From: Clostridia bacterium
GTDB lineage: Bacteria; Bacillota; Clostridia; Oscillospirales; CAG-272
Direction: 5' to 3'
Assembly: GCA_017456905.1 (NCBI GenBank)
Contig: JAFTIL010000025.1
Span: 438-64,437 of the forward strand
Length of the DNA: 64,000 bases
Position 1 is the first letter of the stretch. Each line of letters begins with the position of its first letter. Made by a program: the position numbers and the translations under genes. The notes under the pieces were generated by a model, which did no database searches, was not told the origin of the DNA, and saw only the letters and a list, made by a program, of their open reading frames with translations. Shown here in pieces: positions 38,855-46,329 of this stretch.

Positions 38855-38884
38855 AGTATACCATAAGTATATGCTCCTTGTCAA
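38855..38884 (-). promoter_or_regulatory. sigma-A promoter of the three-gene operon
   Basis: Minus strand TTGACA (38879-38884), an 18-nt spacer ending in TGG, then TATACT (38855-38860). Confidence 0.55.
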
Positions 38885-39015
38885 GAAAAAATCATTTGTG
38901 TTCATTTGTTTTCTAAATATACACACAGGGCTCTGGTATTCTGACACCACAAAAAAGAATAAGAGAAAAGGCATCCGACCCATCTGCAACAAAGGACAGT
39001 TCAGTTGCATGGACT

Positions 39016-39097
39016 AGATTGCGATATTGATCCCCAAGACTTCGGATTAAGATAGAACGTATCGGAATACGTATTCACTTTGGAACTGTATTTTTGA
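39016..39097 (+). pseudogene. relic of the 3' end of a related serine recombinase gene
   Basis: Ungapped, codon-phased match to 31759-31840 (hand count 59/82 nt, first 18 nt identical). Translates DCDIDPQDFGLR*NVSEYVFTLELYF* versus DCDIDPKDFGLYRNVAGYAFALEMYF*. Confidence 0.7.
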
Positions 39098-39272
39098 ACT
39101 GCAATTCATATTGAATTTCAAAAAAATCGTGCTATACTGTATGTGTATAATTTGATTTGTTCAACGTTTTCAAGGACGAAAAAAGGCTATCAAACAAGGA
39201 TAAATTCGGCCGCTGATATAGGAGACTGCGCGCTTTTCAAGGTTGTTCAACTGGGAGAGTCCCAGGTAGGCC

Positions 39273-39309
39273 AACATAAAAGGCACCCTGCGTGGATGCC
39301 TTTTATGTT
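39273..39309. terminator. strong hairpin with A/T flanks (bidirectional terminator-like)
   Basis: aacataaaaggca...tgccttttatgtt 13-bp outer stem. Confidence 0.5.
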
Positions 39310-39437
39310 GCTTATTCGAGCAGTAAACAGAAGCCTGCGAAAGCGCGCCAGTGAATCAAGGTAGAAGACTGACCAGGGACGTGCTTTCTGCTGTGACGGA
39401 ACGGCACAGCGGCGTTCAGAATCCGCTCGGGTAGGCC

Positions 39438-39473
39438 AAAAAGAACAGTACCTACGGGTACTGTTCTTTTTGC
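39438..39473. terminator. bidirectional intrinsic terminator downstream of the HTH-TPR gene
   Basis: aaaaagaacagtacc...ggtactgttcttttt. Confidence 0.7.
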
Positions 39474-39510
39474 TTATACGAACGGTGAGAACCGCTACTA
39501 AAGCACGAAA

Positions 39511-40575
39511 TTATTTGTGCTGTTCATTGAGCTGCTTTAGTAAGCGACTTTTTTGTCGTTCAGCTTCAATTACAGCAGCGTCGTTGTCGCTGTATCCCCA
39601 TTCATCTTTAAGGCACGTAATGAGCCTATCATAAGTCTCAGTTGCATGCTTATAATCCCCCAATAATTCATAGATGACTGAAATACCGTGAAGGGCATCT
39701 GTAAATCTCGGCTTATGATCTACTTCTGTCTTCCAAGATCTTTCATAATACTCGATGGCCTTTTCATATGCACATTTTCGAGCGTAATATTGTGCCGCTT
39801 CGAAAAGAAAGCCGCTATGGTCACTATAGCTCTTTAAAGCCGTTTCTATGATCGTATCTGCCATTTTCTCATCATACTCCGCCAGCGCGATGTGAGCTTT
39901 GTAGACGGGAATTAAAAAGGGCTTGTGGGAGGGAAGGGTTTGGCAAATCTCCAAATATTGCGTTGCCTCCCTTGTGCGGTGGTCGGCGATCAAATTATCC
40001 ATGATCTCGTAATAGGGCAGGGGAGTTTTAGGACTCTCTGTGTCGCTTTCAATGACATTTTTATAGAAATCAATGATGGCCGTGTGGTTGGCTATATTCC
40101 AGTCCCAGATATGCGCGCCCTCTGCCTTCTGCAGTAGCCATTGACAATCCTTCTTTTCGGGACTTTCCATAATGGCCTCTCGTGCATATCTGCTGACTCG
40201 TCTGGAATCCGCCTCCATGCGGTGATGATATAGGTGTGCTAACAGGCTGAGGATCTTGGTTTTATCCTTGCTTTCGTCAAGCTGATTTTTCAAAAAAGTC
40301 TCGTATTCCTTGAAAACGTCTGTGGGAAATTCTTCTTCAAGATCCAGTCTCTTTTCGATTCGTTGAAGTCTTTGGTCAGTGGTCAAGTCAAAAAGATCGT
40401 CGATGGTCACGCCCAGCTCGCTTGCCAATGTGGGTAACAGCGTGATATCCGGCATGGTAATGGCGGTTTCCCATTTTGAAACCGATTGCGCGCTGATGCC
40501 CAGCTTAGCTCCAAGCTGTTCCTGTGTCAATCCCGCCTTATATCTGAGTTGTTTGATTTTATTACCGATTTCCAT
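39511..40575 (-). CDS. XRE-family HTH plus TPR-repeat regulator (RRNPP-like architecture)
   Basis: GGAGGG RBS. N-terminal IKQLRYKAGLTQEQLGAKLGISAQSVSKWE. TPR-like C-terminal repeats (AIEYYERSW, ATETYDRLI). Confidence 0.7.
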   Translation of the reverse strand: MEIGNKIKQLRYKAGLTQEQLGAKLGISAQSVSKWETAITMPDITLLPTLASELGVTIDDLFDLTTDQRLQRIEKRLDLEEEFPTDVFKEYETFLKNQLDESKDKTKILSLLAHLYHHRMEADSRRVSRYAREAIMESPEKKDCQWLLQKAEGAHIWDWNIANHTAIIDFYKNVIESDTESPKTPLPYYEIMDNLIADHRTREATQYLEICQTLPSHKPFLIPVYKAHIALAEYDEKMADTIIETALKSYSDHSGFLFEAAQYYARKCAYEKAIEYYERSWKTEVDHKPRFTDALHGISVIYELLGDYKHATETYDRLITCLKDEWGYSDNDAAVIEAERQKSRLLKQLNEQHK

Positions 40576-40801
40576 GTGTTTCCCTCCGATTGATAAATTC
40601 AAAGGCCTTTGTGAGGATATTTTAACACAAATATCCATCAAAATCAATAACGCAGTTTCATTGTAGGCTCACCTAATGGGCGATATACCGAGCTCGTCCT
40701 TGAATAACCGATAAAGATAGGACTCAGAGTATCACAGTTTTTCATGCCCCGAGAAACCTATCAGGTATTTCGCATTTTATCATCATATCTCGCTACGGAC
40801 A

Positions 40802-40830
40802 TTGACATATGCCCCAAATCTTGTTATAAT
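40802..40830 (+). promoter_or_regulatory. consensus sigma-A promoter
   Basis: TTGACA (40802-40807), 17 nt, TATAAT (40825-40830). Confidence 0.65.
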
Positions 40831-40904
40831 ATGATTGTATATGCAAGCATTTGCTTGCTTTGGGCAAAACAAAACCAAATCTTCGCAAAAGGAGGTATGA
40901 ATTT

Positions 40905-43730
40905 ATGCCGAGCCTTAAAAAAAGCCCGCCGTTGCGCGCGCTTGTCACCAGAGACGACATTCTTCTGACGGAGGACGATAAGCTCAGAGCCTATGCTAAC
41001 GCACCGACCGAGCCATATTTCCCCAAATACGCAAACGACCAGACCACATCCGAGGGTTCATCCCTGAAGGAGATCTGTGAGCGGGCACAAAAAAACAAGA
41101 CCCAAATCCTGACCTTCTTCCACGACCATTTCTTTGGCGGTGGACAGCGTGAGCTTCACCTGTCTCACCCAGAATTTGTGGACTGCACGAAAAAAATATC
41201 TGATTTTGCGGCAGCATACGGCTTGGGGATCGGCGCGAGCGTCACGAATCCCCTTGATCTCGGACGCACCTTCAAGGACGAAATGGGGGTTGGCGGTCAG
41301 CACCGCTTCTTCTCAGAGGGCATCCTCCATCCCGACGGAAGCTTCAAATTCAACGGGATTCTTTGCGAGAAATGGGCCAATAACAAGGGATATATATACC
41401 CCAAATTTGACTGCGCCCGTCTTTTTGCTTATACCGAGGAGGATCTTGGAACGCCGTATCTCGTGATCAAGCCGGAATCCGTTCATGAAATTCCAACCGA
41501 AGACTACGTTTGTACCTTGTGCGACGAGCCCTACGAGCTCAGCTCGCATTTTGGAGACAAGCATATGGTCATCGAGGGAAAGACCTCGCTCTGCGGTAAC
41601 AGAGTTTTTGCGGTGTTTTATATGGATACCCCCGAAATGGACTATTTCCACCCCCTGGCGACCCAATACGTACATAACGTCATTGATACGTACAGAGAAC
41701 GAGGCGTGGAATTTATGGAGCTTTACTCCGACGAGATGCACATTCAGTTTGACTGGGATCTGGGGGCGCATTTCGGGCCGTATGAGATTCCCACGCGCTA
41801 TATGACGAAAAGCTTTGAGGCAGAGCTGGCCAAGATCGATCCCATGTTTGAGGATTTTGACCGCGCACTCATCTACTTTGGCTATGATATGCACATTGAC
41901 AGGGCTACCCTTGGCAGATCACACACCCAGCACGTGATCGGCAACTCCAAGGCCGACCTGATCCGCACCTTCAGCTTGCGAAAGGCATATTTTGAAAGCC
42001 TCCAGGACCGCGTCGTCCATATATGCTGTGATGCGAGAGATTATATACGGGATACCTACGTCAAAAATGCGGGCTGGGATCCCATTTGCTACGGTCACGC
42101 CACCTGGCAGGAATCCCCTACCTGCGACAGATACGGTGAAGGCACGCAGGGGATGTTCAACCTCGCGACCATCAACGACATCTGCGCCTACGATTACACT
42201 CCCTCGTACGTTTATTCAAGTACCATCCGTGAGGCCATCGCGGCGTGCTACGATTATTTCAAGTGGAACGATTATTTTTCCTACGGCGGAACGGATTTCT
42301 GTGAATGCGGATGGTTTGACCGTAACTACTACGGTGGTGCCATGTCGGCATCCCTTGCCTCCCTCAATCGCAACGAGATCTGCGCGTGGGGCGCGTGGGG
42401 ATTTCCCAACAAGGTAAAGGAAAGATTCGTCAGCGTCCAGAACGGCTTCGGATCCTATATCCCCCGTGAGGGCATCGTCACCTGGAATCGCCCCCGTGAT
42501 AGCCGTGTGCTGTATATCTACCCTAAGGATCTTACCATGATCGAGGAGAGATTCGGAAGCTGGATGGTCCAGTACGGCTATACGAATTACTGTCCCGCCG
42601 ACCGTGTGACCGCCTTGGGCAAGGTGGAGAACGGCACGCTGAGGCTGGGGCTTTGCGCCTATACAACCGTCGTGGTGGGCTTTGAGCCGTTCTATGACGA
42701 AGCTTTTGTGTCGTTGCTTGAACGGTTCGCCCGCGGGGGCGGAAGTCTCGTGTGGAACAGCACCCCTCCCGCAGATCATCTTGGCAACGTGCCTGATGCG
42801 TGGCTGACGCTCTTTGGCTTGCGCTCCGCGCAAACGGTGACCGAGGGCGGCACCGCTCGGTGCATTCGCTTTTCGGGCGTGCTTTCGGGCATATCCCCCA
42901 TGAATATCCCCACGGATATGCTCCCCGACAGAGTTTATCAAATCGAGACCCAACCGGATGCCGAGCCCGTGGCCTATGCCGACACCTCTCTGATCGGTGC
43001 CGGCCGAAAATACGGTGACGGCCGCGTGACCTATATAGGCTGCCGCCTCCGCGACGACCAGTCGGGTGAGTCGGGCGATGCCCCCTCGACCCTCTTTGAC
43101 GTGCTGAAGACTCTCGGCGCGTACGGCGGCAAGGACTGCCTCGACAGCCCTGAAACGGTATCCAGAAAAAGCCCGTATTTCGCAACGAGATTCCCGAACG
43201 GCGCGTACTCCTTGTGCCGCCACTACCACACCATGCGGGAGCTGTGGCCTGAGGGCATCTTTATGCGCCATCAGGATGTGGATGCAAAATTTATGGAACA
43301 CTATGATCTGTTAGTGCCCACGGAACTTGATTTTTGCGATTTTTCCCTTGATGGACACAAGATCACCTACCACGGCAAAAATTATGTGCAATACCGACTT
43401 GACAGCGACGGAAATCTCATTGGTTTCCGCGGTGATGACACCTGCGGCATTACCATCGACGGTAAGGCATATGCGGTGACCGACACGCCCGCCAATACAG
43501 CATTTGGTATTCTTGAAGATTGCCGTGTACCCGACGGCTATCAAATGGGTTGGATGATTGACTCCGACGCCAACGTCGTGGACATTGGCAACACGATACC
43601 CGACGGTGCAGAGCTGTATATAGCTCCCGGTAGCGTTGGCGACGAGCTGATACCCTGCGAGGACCTTTCGTATAACGGCTCGAAGATCTTTAAGGGAAAT
43701 GCAAGAGCTGTCGTGGTGCTGGTGAAGTGA
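40905..43730 (+). CDS. large cytoplasmic protein, function unknown
   Basis: AGGAGG lies 8 nt before ATG 40905. 941 aa. No signal peptide and no motif recognised. Confidence 0.65.
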   Translation: MPSLKKSPPLRALVTRDDILLTEDDKLRAYANAPTEPYFPKYANDQTTSEGSSLKEICERAQKNKTQILTFFHDHFFGGGQRELHLSHPEFVDCTKKISDFAAAYGLGIGASVTNPLDLGRTFKDEMGVGGQHRFFSEGILHPDGSFKFNGILCEKWANNKGYIYPKFDCARLFAYTEEDLGTPYLVIKPESVHEIPTEDYVCTLCDEPYELSSHFGDKHMVIEGKTSLCGNRVFAVFYMDTPEMDYFHPLATQYVHNVIDTYRERGVEFMELYSDEMHIQFDWDLGAHFGPYEIPTRYMTKSFEAELAKIDPMFEDFDRALIYFGYDMHIDRATLGRSHTQHVIGNSKADLIRTFSLRKAYFESLQDRVVHICCDARDYIRDTYVKNAGWDPICYGHATWQESPTCDRYGEGTQGMFNLATINDICAYDYTPSYVYSSTIREAIAACYDYFKWNDYFSYGGTDFCECGWFDRNYYGGAMSASLASLNRNEICAWGAWGFPNKVKERFVSVQNGFGSYIPREGIVTWNRPRDSRVLYIYPKDLTMIEERFGSWMVQYGYTNYCPADRVTALGKVENGTLRLGLCAYTTVVVGFEPFYDEAFVSLLERFARGGGSLVWNSTPPADHLGNVPDAWLTLFGLRSAQTVTEGGTARCIRFSGVLSGISPMNIPTDMLPDRVYQIETQPDAEPVAYADTSLIGAGRKYGDGRVTYIGCRLRDDQSGESGDAPSTLFDVLKTLGAYGGKDCLDSPETVSRKSPYFATRFPNGAYSLCRHYHTMRELWPEGIFMRHQDVDAKFMEHYDLLVPTELDFCDFSLDGHKITYHGKNYVQYRLDSDGNLIGFRGDDTCGITIDGKAYAVTDTPANTAFGILEDCRVPDGYQMGWMIDSDANVVDIGNTIPDGAELYIAPGSVGDELIPCEDLSYNGSKIFKGNARAVVVLVK

Positions 43731-43766
43731 GATAGACGAGCTTTGCTTTATAAAGATTACCTCTAG

Positions 43767-43822
43767 AAAAGCCTCACTAATTCGCCTACTTTAAAAAGTA
43801 GGTTCAAATTAGTGAGGCTTTT
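43767..43822 (+). terminator. intrinsic terminator (16-bp stem)
   Basis: aaaagcctcactaatt...aattagtgaggctttt. Confidence 0.7.
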
Positions 43823-43832
43823 GACGTGTGTC

Positions 43833-43953
43833 CGATTTAGGTGCATGGCGCATCAAGCGAGGACAGACTAACCCCTTGGCGATGATGGGAGTTAAAAGAT
43901 TCCGCGTTCTACTGGACTTTTAACGCCATGTTTGGAAACGAGTCCTATGTAAT
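43833..43953. repeat. cassette left-flank repeat, copy a
   Basis: Near-identical core ccttggcgatgatgggagttaaaagattccgcgttctac.ggacttttaac shared with 44828-44948. Confidence 0.8.
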
Positions 43954-44463
43954 TCATTCTGGTAGCCGTTCTATGTAAACGATAATATTTCCGTATGTTT
44001 CGTTCAAGTAAACATATCCGATTTTTAAGTGTTGACCATTTTCTTTTATTACTCCGCCATGTGATTTGGTGTTATTATATCCAGGGTGAATGTTGTAATC
44101 AGAGTAAGAGAATTTAACACCGTTAATTTCAAAAGTTTCTTTTGCGTGTCCCTCATAAGGCATCGGGTCGAATTTTTCAACATATCCCTCAACGATTTGA
44201 TATTCGCCACGGCTATATGCACCAACAGTTTTATTATACATATTCAACTGGGCAATTAAAACGACCGTAGACCAAAAGGCTACAAATAGAATGCCCGCAA
44301 GGCAAAATAGTTTGACATATTTAATATTCAATTTTGCCTCTTTACCTTCATAAGATTTTCTTATGATCAACGGAAAGATCAGCATAAAAATTATCATAAT
44401 TATCGGTATAGTGAGAATTGAAAAATCAAATTTTGAAGTCGCTTCATATAAAACATTATTCAT
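43954..44463 (-). CDS. membrane protein (169 aa), cassette ORF 1
   Basis: GAGGAGG RBS. Two TM helices. Very AT-rich. Own TTGAAA-17-TATAAT promoter (44498-44526). Confidence 0.55.
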   Translation of the reverse strand: MNNVLYEATSKFDFSILTIPIIMIIFMLIFPLIIRKSYEGKEAKLNIKYVKLFCLAGILFVAFWSTVVLIAQLNMYNKTVGAYSRGEYQIVEGYVEKFDPMPYEGHAKETFEINGVKFSYSDYNIHPGYNNTKSHGGVIKENGQHLKIGYVYLNETYGNIIVYIERLPE

Positions 44464-44484
44464 TGATTACCTCCTCAAAAAATA

Positions 44485-44765
44485 CTTGTTTTGTTTAATT
44501 ATACCATAATTTTGTAAACATTTCAACCGTTTCGCGCAAATAGGCTCCCTCCGGGAGGGCGCCTGAGGGAGAGTGCGTTACCATAAAGTTTAATTAAATT
44601 TCAAAGTCACGCAGGCTCCTTCCGTCACGCTCCGCGTGCCACCTTCCTCCCGGAGGAAGGCTTTCGCCGGTTCGAATCTGTCTACAGACCCGAAATGATG
44701 CGCGAGCAGAGATCGGCGCGGAAATGCATCTACAAAATTTCGAAAAACTTCAGAGTCGAAAAAAT
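44485..44765. repeat. cassette right-flank repeat, copy 1 (promoter plus GC-rich hairpin element)
   Basis: Collinear with 45583-45876. Contains gctccctccgggagggc and ccttcctcccggaggaagg hairpins. Confidence 0.85.
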
Positions 44766-44827
44766 CAAGTGAAATATTCGGCTTGCGCCGAATGTGAAAT
44801 AATTTAGATGCAAAGCCGTGTGTGGCC

Positions 44828-44948
44828 AATTTAGATGCACGTGGGTTTTGCAGAGGGTAGACTACCCCCTTGGCGATGATGGGAGTTAAAAGATTCCGCG
44901 TTCTACCGGACTTTTAACTCCATGCTTGCAACGAAGTCCTATGTAATA
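44828..44948. repeat. cassette left-flank repeat, copy b
   Basis: See copy a. Confidence 0.8.
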
Positions 44949-44961
44949 TTATAGTATTGAT

Positions 44962-45555
44962 TCACATATTCTTTTTGCTCAGTCTTGTAGATATTTTTGA
45001 TTTTATTTTCTTAATTTCTTGGCATTCTTTTCTACACCAAAAAGCATAACTTATGACACTTCCGATAAGCATTAAGCATATCATTATCGCACAAATAATA
45101 TGGAATATTTTTTGATCATGCTCCCATTTAGCAATAGATTTATCCAAGTCAATAAACTCGTTATCCGGTGATGACAAAGACTGTGTGATCTTAGTAAATA
45201 TATTTTCGCAATATATAATGCTATACTGTTGATTGGGAATCAACTGTTGCGACAAAAGTTCCGTTTCTTCAGTTCCTGCGCCAAGTATGTATCGATCACC
45301 ATCGGTTGTATATAATACGTAGGTGCTTCTTCTCGCAACTCTTTCTCTGGAAATGTTTGAATACGTAATCTGCTTTTGTTCCCATTTTTCAGGCGGAGGA
45401 TTGATTGACATAATGCCCCACAGAACCGCCATCAAGATTGCCAATGGTACAATAACACATAAAATCTTCAACAGTATATTGAGACGCATTTCTTTCAAAC
45501 GCATATTTTGATTTTTTATATAACCATCTGTCTTTTGCTTGCCTTGGTTCGGCAT
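44962..45555 (-). CDS. membrane protein (197 aa), cassette ORF 2
   Basis: GGGAGGAG RBS. Two TM helices. AT-rich. Same promoter as cassette 1 (45586-45614). No evident similarity to ORF 1. Confidence 0.55.
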   Translation of the reverse strand: MPNQGKQKTDGYIKNQNMRLKEMRLNILLKILCVIVPLAILMAVLWGIMSINPPPEKWEQKQITYSNISRERVARRSTYVLYTTDGDRYILGAGTEETELLSQQLIPNQQYSIIYCENIFTKITQSLSSPDNEFIDLDKSIAKWEHDQKIFHIICAIMICLMLIGSVISYAFWCRKECQEIKKIKSKISTRLSKKNM

Positions 45556-45582
45556 ATTCTCCTCCCTATGCTCGATTTTATT

Positions 45583-45876
45583 TTAATTATACCATAAATT
45601 TGTAAACATTTCAACTCTTGGCATAAATAGGCTCCCTCCGGGAGGGAGCTGGCGCCGGCGGCTTGCCGCGGGCGACTGAGGGAGAGCGCGTTACAATAAA
45701 GTTTAATCAGATTTCAAAGTCGCGCAGGCTCCTTCCGTCACGCTTCGCGTGCCACCTTCCTCCCGGAGGAAGGCTTTCGCCGGTTCGAATCTGTCTACAG
45801 ACCCGAAATGATGCGCGAGCAAAGCTCCGCGCGGAAATGCATCTACAAAATTTCGAAAAACTTCAGAGTCAAAAAA
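45583..45876. repeat. cassette right-flank repeat, copy 2
   Basis: Same as copy 1, with a GC-rich insertion after the first hairpin. Confidence 0.85.
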
Positions 45877-46029
45877 GCGGAGAAATCATATTTTTTGGCC
45901 GGTAACTCCGCTTCGCTCCGTGATTCGCACGCCCTGCGCCTTGCAAGCGAGCTTGCCGATCTTCGGGCGGCGAATGTGCACCGACGCATTTGCTTTTGCA
46001 AATGCCCGGTCAAAGGGAAGGTTATCCCA

Positions 46030-46069
46030 GCCAGCAGAAAAGGCACGCCACATGGCGTGCCTTTTCTGC
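46030..46069 (-). terminator. hairpin terminator directly after tRNA-Gln
   Basis: agcagaaaaggcacgcc-acat-ggcgtgccttttctgct. Its outermost pair extends into the tRNA CCA end. Confidence 0.7.
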
Positions 46070-46144
46070 TGGCTGGGATGGCCGGATTTGAACCGACGAG
46101 TGCGGGAGTCAAAGTCCCGTGCCTTACCGCTTGGCGACATCCCA
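46070..46144 (-). tRNA. tRNA-Gln (anticodon UUG), CCA encoded
   Basis: Hand-folded cloverleaf: acceptor TGGGATG/CATCCCA, D arm GCC-AAGCGGTAA-GGC, anticodon stem CGGGA/TCCCG with loop CTTTGAC, T arm GTCGG-TTCAAAT-CCGGC. Confidence 0.9.
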
Positions 46145-46329
46145 TTAAATTGACCTAAACATTCTACCACAAAATTTGGGCTTTGTCAAGGGGAGATTTC
46201 AGATTTCCTGGTGTTTACGCGGATTTTTGTTTGAGATGTGTGTCAAGGAGGTGCAAAGAGCAGCGCATTCTCTTGACAAACTTGCCGTCCCGTGTTACAA
46301 TAGGGTAGATTTGATATGAGGAGGCTGCC

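Larger units (their letters stand above)
30323..39100. mobile_element. serine-recombinase-associated cargo module (recombinase, 3-gene operon, recombinase relic)
   Basis: An AT-rich insert lies between the intact recombinase 3' end and its diverged duplicate. The true element ends are unknown. Confidence 0.4.

Noticed and set aside
39511-40575. Arbitrium/RRNPP-type receptor with a downstream signalling-peptide gene
   Set aside because: HTH plus TPR architecture fits. However, a strong terminator follows the stop codon directly, and no convincing short secreted-peptide ORF with an RBS was found on either side. It is kept only as an RRNPP-like regulator.
42216-43301. 361-aa and 217-aa minus-strand ORFs
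   Set aside because: They are antisense to the 941-aa + strand gene, which has a consensus promoter, an RBS and a terminator.
44640-44680. tRNA-like T-loop (gccggttcgaatctgtc) inside the repeats, considered as a tRNA gene or a tRNA-derived att remnant
   Set aside because: The T-stem does not pair (gccgg versus ctgtc), and no acceptor or anticodon arms can be folded. It is also in the opposite orientation to tRNA-Gln. Origin as a decayed tRNA fragment remains possible but unsupported.
44590-46170. Several 75-116-aa ORFs on both strands (44590-44829, 45663-45905, 45808-46158, 45843-46145, 45886-46170)
   Set aside because: They are translations of the GC-rich hairpin repeat, the tRNA-Gln gene and its terminator. 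The same reading frames recur only because the DNA repeat recurs.
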